49,201 nt of DNA from Xanthobacteraceae bacterium. GTDB taxonomy: Bacteria > Pseudomonadota > Alphaproteobacteria > Rhizobiales > Xanthobacteraceae. The stretch is from assembly GCA_049579765.1 (NCBI GenBank), contig JBAUOM010000621.1:1-49201 (forward strand), written 5' to 3'. The notes below the pieces were generated by a model, which saw nothing but the letters and a program-made list of their open reading frames with translations, ran no database searches and was not told the origin of the DNA. Every line of letters starts with the position of its first letter. Within the stretch, counting starts at the first letter, position 1. Of the stretch, positions 37,870-46,169 are shown piece after piece. Made by a program: the position numbers and the translations under genes.

Positions 37870-39258
37870 TCATGCACCGAACTCGGACGCCATCTCGCCT
37901 TGCTTTTTCGCCGCTTGCGCGCGCTCGGTCTCGCCGAGCGCGGCCAGCACGCCGGAATATGACTCCCAGCTTTTCCTCCTTGTCCCGCGACTCAGCACGC
38001 GTTCGGAGAGCAGACTGCGGGCAACGGAGAGCCTGTTGGCGCGCAGCGCGGCATCGCAGATGATCTGCGAGAACAAGTCGCGCTGCGCATGGCTGCCGCC
38101 GACCGTCGCGAGCTCATGACGCATCGGCCATAAGAGGTCACATGCCTTGTCATGGTTGCCCGACTCATAGGCAACCATGCCTTCACACAAGGGGATAAGG
38201 ACGTTCTTCGTGGCCTGCGCCCGCCACCCTTCGTTCCGCGCTGCAAAGGCCGCCATGGACTCGATGTGACGTCGCGCCGCGTCGAAGTTTCCGTTCGCGG
38301 CGAGCGCGAGGCAGAAGTGCGCATCTCGGAACGGGAGCATGTGGTCGTGGATGCGCTTTTCGGAGTGCTCCGCCAGCGCCTTCCAGCGCTCCCCCACGTC
38401 CACGCCGCTCATCTGGAGACGCTTGAGCAGCGCGGCCTGGTTCGACACGTCCACGTAGGTCTCGGAATTCACCGAGCACAGCTCGTTATCGTAGAGGCTC
38501 AGCGCCCGATCATATTCGCCCTGCGCCAAGCAGAACAACGCCGCATGCCACCAAACGTGCGCCTTGAACGGATTCTTGTGAGCCCATTGGTCCCGCGAGT
38601 AGTCCAGCCATTTGACGCCTTCGGCGGAGCGCCCCTGCATTTCCATGACGTGGGCGACGGAGTGGATAGCCCAAAGGTCTCCCGGGTTTCGCTCGACGGC
38701 TTCACGCCCCCAGCGTTCCGCTTCCTCGTAGGCGCCGCACTCTTCGAGGGCGTAGGCGTACATGCCTTGCACGCATCCATATCCAGGAACCTCGTCGTTC
38801 CACTCTCCGAGGACGCCCGCGACGACCGCCCGCATGACATGGCTGCGTCCGGCATAGAAGCTCATTGTGTGGTGGAGCTTGAGGGCGAGGAGGTCGAGCG
38901 GAAAATCCGCAAGGACCTCCTCCCAATGAAAGCACGCCTTCATGATGTCGCCGGCCGCCCACGCCTCCAGCGCCTCGACGTGCAAGCGCTCGCGTCGCGT
39001 GGCTGCATCGAGATTCGGGCGAATCTCATCGAGGGTCTGCTGAACCTTCGGCAGGATGGCCTTGTTCTCCAGCATCAACAGGAAGTAGCCGCGGAAGCAT
39101 TTAGCAAGGACAAAGGCAGGATCCTGCTCCAGCGCCGCCTTGACCTGGCCGGAAGCCGTCACACGATAATCGAGGAAGTCCGCGACGGCTTGATCGATAT
39201 GCCCGGCCGCGCTCTTGCTCGAGGTCGTGAGCTCAAGTCCTCGGGAATCCAGTTGCAT
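37870..39258 (-). CDS. TTC38-family tetratricopeptide repeat protein (function unknown)
   Basis: 462 aa. The stretch RRERLHVEALEAWAAGDIMKACFHWEEVLADFPLDLLALKLHH...FYAG and later blocks (WAIHSVAHVMEMQGR, HVWWHAALFCL, GGSHAQRDLFSQ) parallel the human TTC38 sequence as I recall it. Confidence 0.8.
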   Translation of the reverse strand: MQLDSRGLELTTSSKSAAGHIDQAVADFLDYRVTASGQVKAALEQDPAFVLAKCFRGYFLLMLENKAILPKVQQTLDEIRPNLDAATRRERLHVEALEAWAAGDIMKACFHWEEVLADFPLDLLALKLHHTMSFYAGRSHVMRAVVAGVLGEWNDEVPGYGCVQGMYAYALEECGAYEEAERWGREAVERNPGDLWAIHSVAHVMEMQGRSAEGVKWLDYSRDQWAHKNPFKAHVWWHAALFCLAQGEYDRALSLYDNELCSVNSETYVDVSNQAALLKRLQMSGVDVGERWKALAEHSEKRIHDHMLPFRDAHFCLALAANGNFDAARRHIESMAAFAARNEGWRAQATKNVLIPLCEGMVAYESGNHDKACDLLWPMRHELATVGGSHAQRDLFSQIICDAALRANRLSVARSLLSERVLSRGTRRKSWESYSGVLAALGETERAQAAKKQGEMASEFGA

Positions 39259-39345
39259 GCGGGTTCAGTCCAATTCGAACCTGACGTCCATCGATCCATC
39301 TGACGCCGGCGATCACGAGCGCAGCCTCTTCCACCCGTTTCCGCT

Positions 39346-41715
39346 TCACGCCTCGCTCGGTAGCACCCCCAATCCCTTGAGCACACGTTCCGGGGTCGCC
39401 GGGAACTCGTGAATGTCGCCGCCTCGGCGGCTCAGCGCATCGGCGACCGCGCAGGCCACCGCGCCGAGCGCGCCGATGATCGAGCCCTCGCCGCAGCCTT
39501 TGAAGCCGCCCAGCGCTCCGGAGGGCGCGTTGGCGTGATGCAGCTCGATTTGGGGGATCTCCAAGGCGGAAGGGACCAGATAGTCGGCGAGCGTCACCGT
39601 CCGCGGTTGACCGGCATCATCATACACGAGCTCTTCCAGGAGCGCCTCTCCGATGCCTTGGGCGATGCCGCCGATGATCTGCCCCTCGACGACGGCCGGA
39701 TTGATGACGGTGCCGACATCTTCCGCGGCCACGTAGCGCACGATCTTCACTTGGCCTGTCAGCGGATCGACATCCACGACGGCGATATGCGCGCCGCCAG
39801 CAAAGCTTCCGAATTTGGGGTCGTAGAAAGCAGTGACCTCAAAGCCGGGATTGAGCTCCGGCGGGATGTGCTTGGCGGAGAAATAGCTCTGCTCGGCCAT
39901 CTTGCGAAGCGGCAAGCTTTTTGAGCGGTCGATCGTCTGTACGACGCTGTCGACGATGGTGAGCTCGTCGGCGGACGCTTGCAGCAGCATGCCGCCCAGG
40001 GCCAGGATACGTCGGCGCAGCTCGCGCGCGGCCTGGATGACGGCTCCGCTGCCGAACACGGCGGTGCGCGACGCGAAGGTGCCGAAACCGTACGGTGCCG
40101 TGGCGGTGTCGTTGGTCAGGCTGGTGATGTCGGAGAGCCGCATGCCGAGCTCGTCCGACGCCACTTGCCTGAGCGCCGTGATGATCCGCTGGCCTTGGGA
40201 GGGAAGCGCCGCCGCAATGGTGAGGACCCCGGTCGTTTCCAGGCGCAGGGTCACCGCGTCGCGGCCGGGCTGCAGCAGGGTTCCGGGACCGACTGCCGTG
40301 CTCGTGCCGAGGCCGGTGAGCTCCGCATAGCAGGCCACGCCGATGCCGCGCAGCTTGCCGTTGGCCAGGGCTTCGCGTTGCTCGGCGCGCAGCCGCTCAT
40401 ATTGCGCCTTTGCGGTCGAGAGCTGCAGGCACGGCACGTAGTTTACATTGTCGTGCACGAGGTTGTTCACGTTGCGATAGGGCATCGCCTCCCTGGGAAT
40501 GAGGTTGCGTCGGCGCACCTCCACCGGATCGAGGCCAAGGCGACGCGCCACCTCGTCCAGCAGCAGCTCCAGCGACGCCGACGCCGACGGGCGGCCCACC
40601 GCGCGGTAGGGGCCGACCGGCGTCTTGTTGGTCGCCACACCGCGGGTCCGGTAACGCATGGCCCCGATCTTGTAGGGGCCGGGCATGAGGCCTGCGGTCT
40701 GAAGCGGCTCCATGCCCGCCGACCAGAGATAGGTGGAGTATGCGCCGACATCCACCCAGACATCGGAGCTGAGTGCGAGGATGCGGCCTTCCCGGTCCGC
40801 CGCCGCCTGCACCTCGATGTACTGATCGCGTGCGTGGGTGGAGGCGACCATGTTCTCGAGCCGGTCTTCCACCCACTTCACCGGGCGACGCAGCCCGAGT
40901 GCGAGATAGGCGCAGACGAATTCCTCGGGATAAATCGAGGCCTTTTGGCCGAAGCCGCCGCCGGTATGCGGGATAATGACCCGAACCTCGTTCTCCGGCA
41001 GTCGGAGATGCTCGGCGATGTAATGGCGCACGACGTAGGGGAGCTGGTGGCTGATCCATACGGTCAGGATGAACGCGCTTTCCCGGTAGGCGGCGACGCA
41101 GCCGCGACCTTCCAGGCACAACGCCTGTTTGCGGCCGATACGGAACTTCCGTTTGACCACGAGGTGGGCATTGCGAAACGCGTCATCCACATTGCCGCGT
41201 TCGAACTCGCGCTTGATGAGATAGTTGTTCGGGCAAGTGTCATGCACGAGCGGGGCGTCGTCTCGCTCGCCCAAGCGTGGATCCGTGACGGCGGGCAACG
41301 GGTCATACTCGACCTTGATGAGGTCCACGCCGTCTTCGGCGGTGGCGCGGTCCTCGGCGACGACCGCGCATATCGCCTCGCCGCAGAACCGTACCTTATC
41401 GACCGCGAGCCAGTGCTGTGTCGACTCGCCGCCGGAGAAACGGTTGGGCATGCTGCAAAAGGGATCGACCTTTCCCAAGAGCTCCTTGCCCGTCAGCACC
41501 TGGATGACGCCGGGCAACTCCCGTGCCTCGCTCGTATCGACTGAGCGGAGGCGGGCATGGGCGTGCTGACTGCGCAGAAACGCCACGTGGTACATGCCCG
41601 GCAGCCGGATATCGTTGAGGAAGCGGCCCTCACCCTCGACCAGCGGGATTGCCTCGTCCGGCAACACCGACGTTCCGACGGCCCTGCGATTGACGAAGCG
41701 CGTATCCGACATCAA
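39346..41715 (-). CDS. Xanthine dehydrogenase family molybdopterin-binding large subunit (locus 2)
   Basis: 789 aa of full-length architecture with GGGFGQK. The active-site loop is PYRAVGRP, not a CODH signature. ATGA overlap with the upstream 2Fe-2S gene. Confidence 0.9.
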   Translation of the reverse strand: MMSDTRFVNRRAVGTSVLPDEAIPLVEGEGRFLNDIRLPGMYHVAFLRSQHAHARLRSVDTSEARELPGVIQVLTGKELLGKVDPFCSMPNRFSGGESTQHWLAVDKVRFCGEAICAVVAEDRATAEDGVDLIKVEYDPLPAVTDPRLGERDDAPLVHDTCPNNYLIKREFERGNVDDAFRNAHLVVKRKFRIGRKQALCLEGRGCVAAYRESAFILTVWISHQLPYVVRHYIAEHLRLPENEVRVIIPHTGGGFGQKASIYPEEFVCAYLALGLRRPVKWVEDRLENMVASTHARDQYIEVQAAADREGRILALSSDVWVDVGAYSTYLWSAGMEPLQTAGLMPGPYKIGAMRYRTRGVATNKTPVGPYRAVGRPSASASLELLLDEVARRLGLDPVEVRRRNLIPREAMPYRNVNNLVHDNVNYVPCLQLSTAKAQYERLRAEQREALANGKLRGIGVACYAELTGLGTSTAVGPGTLLQPGRDAVTLRLETTGVLTIAAALPSQGQRIITALRQVASDELGMRLSDITSLTNDTATAPYGFGTFASRTAVFGSGAVIQAARELRRRILALGGMLLQASADELTIVDSVVQTIDRSKSLPLRKMAEQSYFSAKHIPPELNPGFEVTAFYDPKFGSFAGGAHIAVVDVDPLTGQVKIVRYVAAEDVGTVINPAVVEGQIIGGIAQGIGEALLEELVYDDAGQPRTVTLADYLVPSALEIPQIELHHANAPSGALGGFKGCGEGSIIGALGAVACAVADALSRRGGDIHEFPATPERVLKGLGVLPSEA

Positions 41716-42221
41716 GCGGACTCCCTCCCGCGCGAATCGCTACTCCGCGCGTTCCCGGGCTCGCTTTTTTCGAGACCCTGCTCTTTGCGTGCCGCCGCCA
41801 GCACGGCATTGACGATGGACTGGTAACCGGTACAGCGGCAAATGTTGCCCGACAACGCTTCACGCACCTCCTGCTCGTCGGGATCGGGGTTCTCCCGCAA
41901 CAGCTCGATCGCGGTGATGAGAAACCCCGGCGTGCAATAGCCGCATTGCAATGCGAAGTTCTCATGGAAGGCTTGTTGCAGCGGGTGGCGCGTGCCGTCT
42001 TCGGCGCGCAGGCCTTCTATGGTGACTATATCCGCGCCGTCGGCTTGTACGGCCAGCGTGAGGCACGAGCGCGCGCTGCGCCCGTTCATGGAGATCGTGC
42101 AGGCGCCGCACACGCCATGCTCGCAGCCGAGATGCGTGCCGGTGAGATGCAGATGTTCCCGCAGGAAGTCCGCCAGCGACAAGCGTACCGGAACGGTCTT
42201 CTCGTAGGTCCTGCCGTTCAC
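41712..42221 (-). CDS. Molybdenum hydroxylase (2Fe-2S)-binding small subunit (locus 2)
   Basis: GCEHGVCGACT, CGYCTPGF and CRCTGY motifs. The first canonical start is GTG 42221. The conserved N-terminal strand (IQLTV-NG) is encoded in frame just upstream, so the true start may be non-canonical at about 42233 (see findings). Confidence 0.85.
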   Translation of the reverse strand: MNGRTYEKTVPVRLSLADFLREHLHLTGTHLGCEHGVCGACTISMNGRSARSCLTLAVQADGADIVTIEGLRAEDGTRHPLQQAFHENFALQCGYCTPGFLITAIELLRENPDPDEQEVREALSGNICRCTGYQSIVNAVLAAARKEQGLEKSEPGNARSSDSRGRESA

Positions 42222-42243
42222 GGTCAGCTGGATGCGTTGCTCC

Positions 42244-43134
42244 CTAGCCAGTTTGCTCTCCTGTCGCCCGCGCCAGCGCCGTCTCCAGGGCTCGCACTGT
42301 TAACACGCCCGCCAGATGTCTCCGGTACGAAGAAGATGCATGCACGTCGTCGGCCGGATCGACTGCGGCTACGACGCTTGCAGCCGCGGCGGCGAACGCC
42401 TCCCGGTGTCCGTCGGCACCTATCCGGCCCGCCGTGAGCGCGGCTTCCGCCGCACGGGCCCGAAACGGGCCGTCGCCCATCCCCAGGATTGTCAGTCGCG
42501 CCGTTTCGCATACTCCTTCCCGCATCCGCAACGTGGCGGCCACGCCGGCAATGGCGAAATCGCCGAGGCGGCGGGCAAACTCGACGAACGCCGCGCCCGT
42601 GCCGGCGGGTGGACGCGGGTAACGCACCTCCACCACAATCTCGCCCGGCTCTAGCGCCGTCGACAGCATGCCGGCGAAGAACTGCTCCGCCGGCAGCTCG
42701 CGGCGCCCGGCCGCCCCCGCTATCACCACCGTGCCGTCGAGCGTCACCAGCACGCCGGGGTGCTCCGCGGCCGGATCGTTGTGGGACACGCTGCCGCAAA
42801 CAGTTCCGCGATTCCTGATCGCCGGGTGCGCAACCTGTGTGGTCGCCTCGGCGAGCAATGGCCAGCCTTCGCGCACGTCTCTGCTGCGCAACAGGTCGGC
42901 GTGACGAACGAGCGCACCGACGGTCAGGCTGTCCGTTCCGACATCCAAGCGGTTCAGCGCCTCGATCCGGTTGATATCCACCACCACCGCGGGGGAGAGG
43001 ATGCGGCAGTTGAGCATGGGAACGAGGCTCTGGCCGCCTGCCAGTACTCTGCCGTCCTGGCCGGCATCGTCCAAAATACGCAGAGCCTCTTCCAAGCTGC
43101 GCGGTGCGTAATAATCGAACCATGCCGGCTTCAC
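42244..43134 (-). CDS. Molybdenum hydroxylase FAD-binding medium subunit (locus 2)
   Basis: Start placed at GTG 43134, giving VKPAWFDYYAPRSLEEAL, the usual family N-terminus. LAGGQSLVPMLN and RNRGTVCGSVSHNDP motifs. The ATG at 43284 in the ORF track adds 50 non-homologous residues. Confidence 0.85.
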   Translation of the reverse strand: MKPAWFDYYAPRSLEEALRILDDAGQDGRVLAGGQSLVPMLNCRILSPAVVVDINRIEALNRLDVGTDSLTVGALVRHADLLRSRDVREGWPLLAEATTQVAHPAIRNRGTVCGSVSHNDPAAEHPGVLVTLDGTVVIAGAAGRRELPAEQFFAGMLSTALEPGEIVVEVRYPRPPAGTGAAFVEFARRLGDFAIAGVAATLRMREGVCETARLTILGMGDGPFRARAAEAALTAGRIGADGHREAFAAAAASVVAAVDPADDVHASSSYRRHLAGVLTVRALETALARATGEQTG

Positions 43135-43469
43135 GTACTTCTCAACCTCTTTCGATGGGAGCTTAAGTCGAGCGCCGGTCTGTGCGTCGCGATTCGTACC
43201 GCTGACCCGGAACTCACACCTGCGCGGGGCTGCGGCCGCCGGACGACTCCGATTCCCGTTGACGCCGTTCACCCGACTCTTCACGCATGTGCCAGCTCTT
43301 TATTATGTGTACGCATTACTATAATGAAATTGCCGCAGCGATGGTGTCAACCGATCAGGTCGAGCCCGCGGCAATGCGCTTCGGTGCGACACGACCTCCC
43401 GTCCGAGCGGGGTCGGATATCGGGCGCGGCAGGCGAGAACGTTCCTCCGTCACGCAGAAGGCGGCACCC

Positions 43470-44222
43470 ATGGATATTCAACTCAAGGAGCGCATTGCGC
43501 TCGTCACCGGCGGCACCCGGGATGTCGGGCGGCAAATCGCTCTATCGCTCGCCGCAGAAGGGGCTGCGGTCGCCGTCCACTATCATCACTCGGCCGATGC
43601 GGCCGAGGGCGTGGTGTCGGAGGTGCGGGCGCAAGGTGGAAGGGCGAGGTCGTATCAGGCCGATGTCGCCGATCGCGCTGCGGTGCGCGGCATGGTCCAA
43701 CGCATCGTTGCAGACTTCGGCGGCCTCAACATCCTGGTGAACAATGCGGGGCTTGCAATCCGCAAGCCGTTCAAGGACACCACTCCGGAGGATTGGCGCA
43801 GCCAGATCGACGTGAACCTCCTGGGGGCCATTCACCTGTGCCATGAGGCCGGCCCGCACCTCGAGAAAGGCGGGGATGGCCGGATCATCGCGATCGTCGG
43901 CGATTCGTCGCGGGTCGGTGAATCCGGACTCTCGATCGTAGGCGCCGCACGCGCCGGGGTCATCGCGTTGATGAAATCGCTCGCGCGCGAGTTGGGGCGC
44001 GCCGGCGTCACCGCGAATACGGTCTCGCTCGGTCTTGTCGAGACCGAGCATGATCCTGCCTGGCTCGACGCCAATCGCGAGAAGCTCGTCAAGTTCTATC
44101 CGGTGCGGCGGCTTGGTCGGCCCGACGACATCGCGCCGACGGTAGCGCTCCTCGCATCGCCGCGTAGCGGTTGGATTACAGGCCAGGTGATCAGTATCAG
44201 CGGCGGCTATTGCATGGTATGA
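43470..44222 (+). CDS. SDR-fold protein (FabG-like) lacking the canonical catalytic Tyr and Lys
   Basis: ATG 43470. TGGTRDVG and NNAG motifs are present. Where YxxxK is expected the sequence reads S-I-V-G-A-A-R-A-G-V (Val codon 43938, Arg codon 43950). Confidence 0.85.
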   Translation: MDIQLKERIALVTGGTRDVGRQIALSLAAEGAAVAVHYHHSADAAEGVVSEVRAQGGRARSYQADVADRAAVRGMVQRIVADFGGLNILVNNAGLAIRKPFKDTTPEDWRSQIDVNLLGAIHLCHEAGPHLEKGGDGRIIAIVGDSSRVGESGLSIVGAARAGVIALMKSLARELGRAGVTANTVSLGLVETEHDPAWLDANREKLVKFYPVRRLGRPDDIAPTVALLASPRSGWITGQVISISGGYCMV

Positions 44223-44366
44223 GCGCGCGGCCCGGAACGGTGCGAGATGGCTGATGACGGCGCGATGCCGTGATATCGAGGCCGTCGTGCAACGATCGCA
44301 AGTCCGCGCTTGGACCAATGAATCCTCACCAGGACACCCGGCAATTGCGCTCGTCATAGGACTCCC

Positions 44367-44978
44367 ATGCAGAACTGCTATGCAATTGAGGACCTCATCC
44401 CTGTCGTCGACCCGACGGCTTACGTGCATCCCACGGCCGTGCTCATCGGCGACGTGATCGTCGGGCCGCGCTGCTATGTCGGGCCTGCCGCCTGCCTGCG
44501 CGGCGATTTCGGACGCATCACGTTGCGAGAAGGCGCAAATGTCCAGGACACCTGCGTGATGCACGGCTTTCCCGACGCCGATACGATCGTCGAACCCGAC
44601 GGGCACATCGGGCACGGCGCGGTGATACACGGCGCACATATCGGACGAAATGTCTTGGTGGGCATGAATGCGGTGATCATGGACCGCTCGGAGATCGGCG
44701 AATCCGCCATTGTCGGGGCGATGGCTTTCGTGCCTGAAGGCACGGTCATCCCGCCCCGATCGCTCGCGCTCGGCATTCCAGCCCGCGTCGCCCGGCAACT
44801 GACCGACCAGGAGATTGCCTGGAAAAGGACCGGAACGCTCCAGTATCAAGAGCTCGCGGTTCGCAGCTTGGCCAGCCAACGCGCGGTTCAACCCTTGAGC
44901 GTGCCACAGCCCGACCGGCCGCGCTTCAAGGGCGGCTCGGCCGTAACCCTCGGGACCATAAAGGCGTCGCTGGCTTGA
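44367..44978 (+). CDS. paaY: PaaY/CaiE-like hexapeptide-repeat protein (gamma-carbonic-anhydrase fold, probable acyl-CoA thioesterase)
   Basis: 203 aa, collinear by eye with E. coli PaaY (P.V....YVHPTAVLIGDV..G...YVGP.A.LRGDFGRI....GAN.QD.CVMHGFP..DT.V...GHIGH.A..HG..IGRN.LVGMNAV.MD...IGE..IVGA.AFV). Confidence 0.75.
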   Translation: MQNCYAIEDLIPVVDPTAYVHPTAVLIGDVIVGPRCYVGPAACLRGDFGRITLREGANVQDTCVMHGFPDADTIVEPDGHIGHGAVIHGAHIGRNVLVGMNAVIMDRSEIGESAIVGAMAFVPEGTVIPPRSLALGIPARVARQLTDQEIAWKRTGTLQYQELAVRSLASQRAVQPLSVPQPDRPRFKGGSAVTLGTIKASLA

Positions 44979-45219
44979 AGCGATCGCGCGGGCGGGGACG
45001 CACCAATACGCCCCAAGGCAGTCGTCGAGCCGCGGGCTGCCATCACTGTGGCCTGAAGGTCACAGATGGGAAGATTTCCGCCATATTGTGAACCAAGGGC
45101 GCCCAATACGCGCCATAGAAGGTTATCATGATGCCGTGGGGGTGCTTCCGATTCCTTGTCGGAGGCGGCGGCGCGCAAGTCGGATCCGTCCGTACGCGCC
45201 GGTCGGGGGAGATGGGGAA

Positions 45220-45864
45220 GTGGCCCAGTTCATCTCGAACTATGGCTTCTGGCTGGTCGCCGCATTCATCGCGCTCGAAAGCGTCGGGATTCCATTGCCG
45301 GCCGAGGCGGCCTTGATTGCAGCGGCATTCTTGGCGGCCAAGCACGGCGTCAATATCTGGCCGTTGATCGCGGCTGGCATCCTTGCGGCGATCGTGGGCG
45401 AATGTGTCGGCTTTTGGATCGGCAGGAAGTTCGGCAACCAGCTGCTCAAACGATACGGCCCCCGCGTCGGATTGACGGAGGGGCGGATCAAGATCGGGCA
45501 ATGGCTGTTCGTGCGCTACGGCGGCAGGTTTGTTTTCATTGCTCGATTTTTGCCGTTTCTGCGTAACATGGCGGCCGTGCTTGCCGGTACGAATTCCATG
45601 GCGCAGCACAACTTCTATTTCGCCAGTGCGACGGCGGCGGCATCGTGGATCACGTGCTACGGCCTGGCCGCTTATTCCTTCGGTGAGGCATTTGGGAATT
45701 TGGCGTCGCCGGCCGCGATTTGCCTGGGGTTGGCGGCGGCGGTGCTCGTCCTGGCAGTGCCGGCGCTGATCCTGCAATATGAGAATCATCTGTTGGCCAA
45801 GGCCGAGGGTAAATTGCCCGAGCGAGCGCTGATTCCGCAGCGGCGTGCCGTGCAAGCACGGTGA
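45220..45864 (+). CDS. DedA family inner-membrane protein
   Basis: GTG 45220 preceded by GGGGGAG. The sequence YGFWLVAAFIALESVGIPLPAEAALIAAA......IAAGILAAIVGECVGFWIGRKFG is typical of DedA/SNARE-associated proteins. The upstream part of the ORF-track ORF is Arg-rich. Confidence 0.85.
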   Translation: MAQFISNYGFWLVAAFIALESVGIPLPAEAALIAAAFLAAKHGVNIWPLIAAGILAAIVGECVGFWIGRKFGNQLLKRYGPRVGLTEGRIKIGQWLFVRYGGRFVFIARFLPFLRNMAAVLAGTNSMAQHNFYFASATAAASWITCYGLAAYSFGEAFGNLASPAAICLGLAAAVLVLAVPALILQYENHLLAKAEGKLPERALIPQRRAVQAR

Positions 45865-46169
45865 TCAGGCGTGCGGTCGCATGCCGCTCGACCGCCTTCG
45901 GGCGCTCGTTCTCGGCCTGTCCCGGAATACTGACTTGACACGCCCGCTCAGCTGCGGCCTACGAGCCGCGGCTGCGGGCGCCACATCCGGTCCGTGCGGT
46001 CGGCGCGCTTCTGCGTCGTGAGATCGCGCCGCAGGGTGGGCCCATTGACCCCATTTCCTTCTTTCACCCGCTTGGAGGCGGGCCGCATCGAGGTCCATCA
46101 CCGATGCGCGCTGGCGGCGAATGTCTCGTCATGCCAGCATGGCCCGCGAGCTGCGAAAGAGGACAGGAA

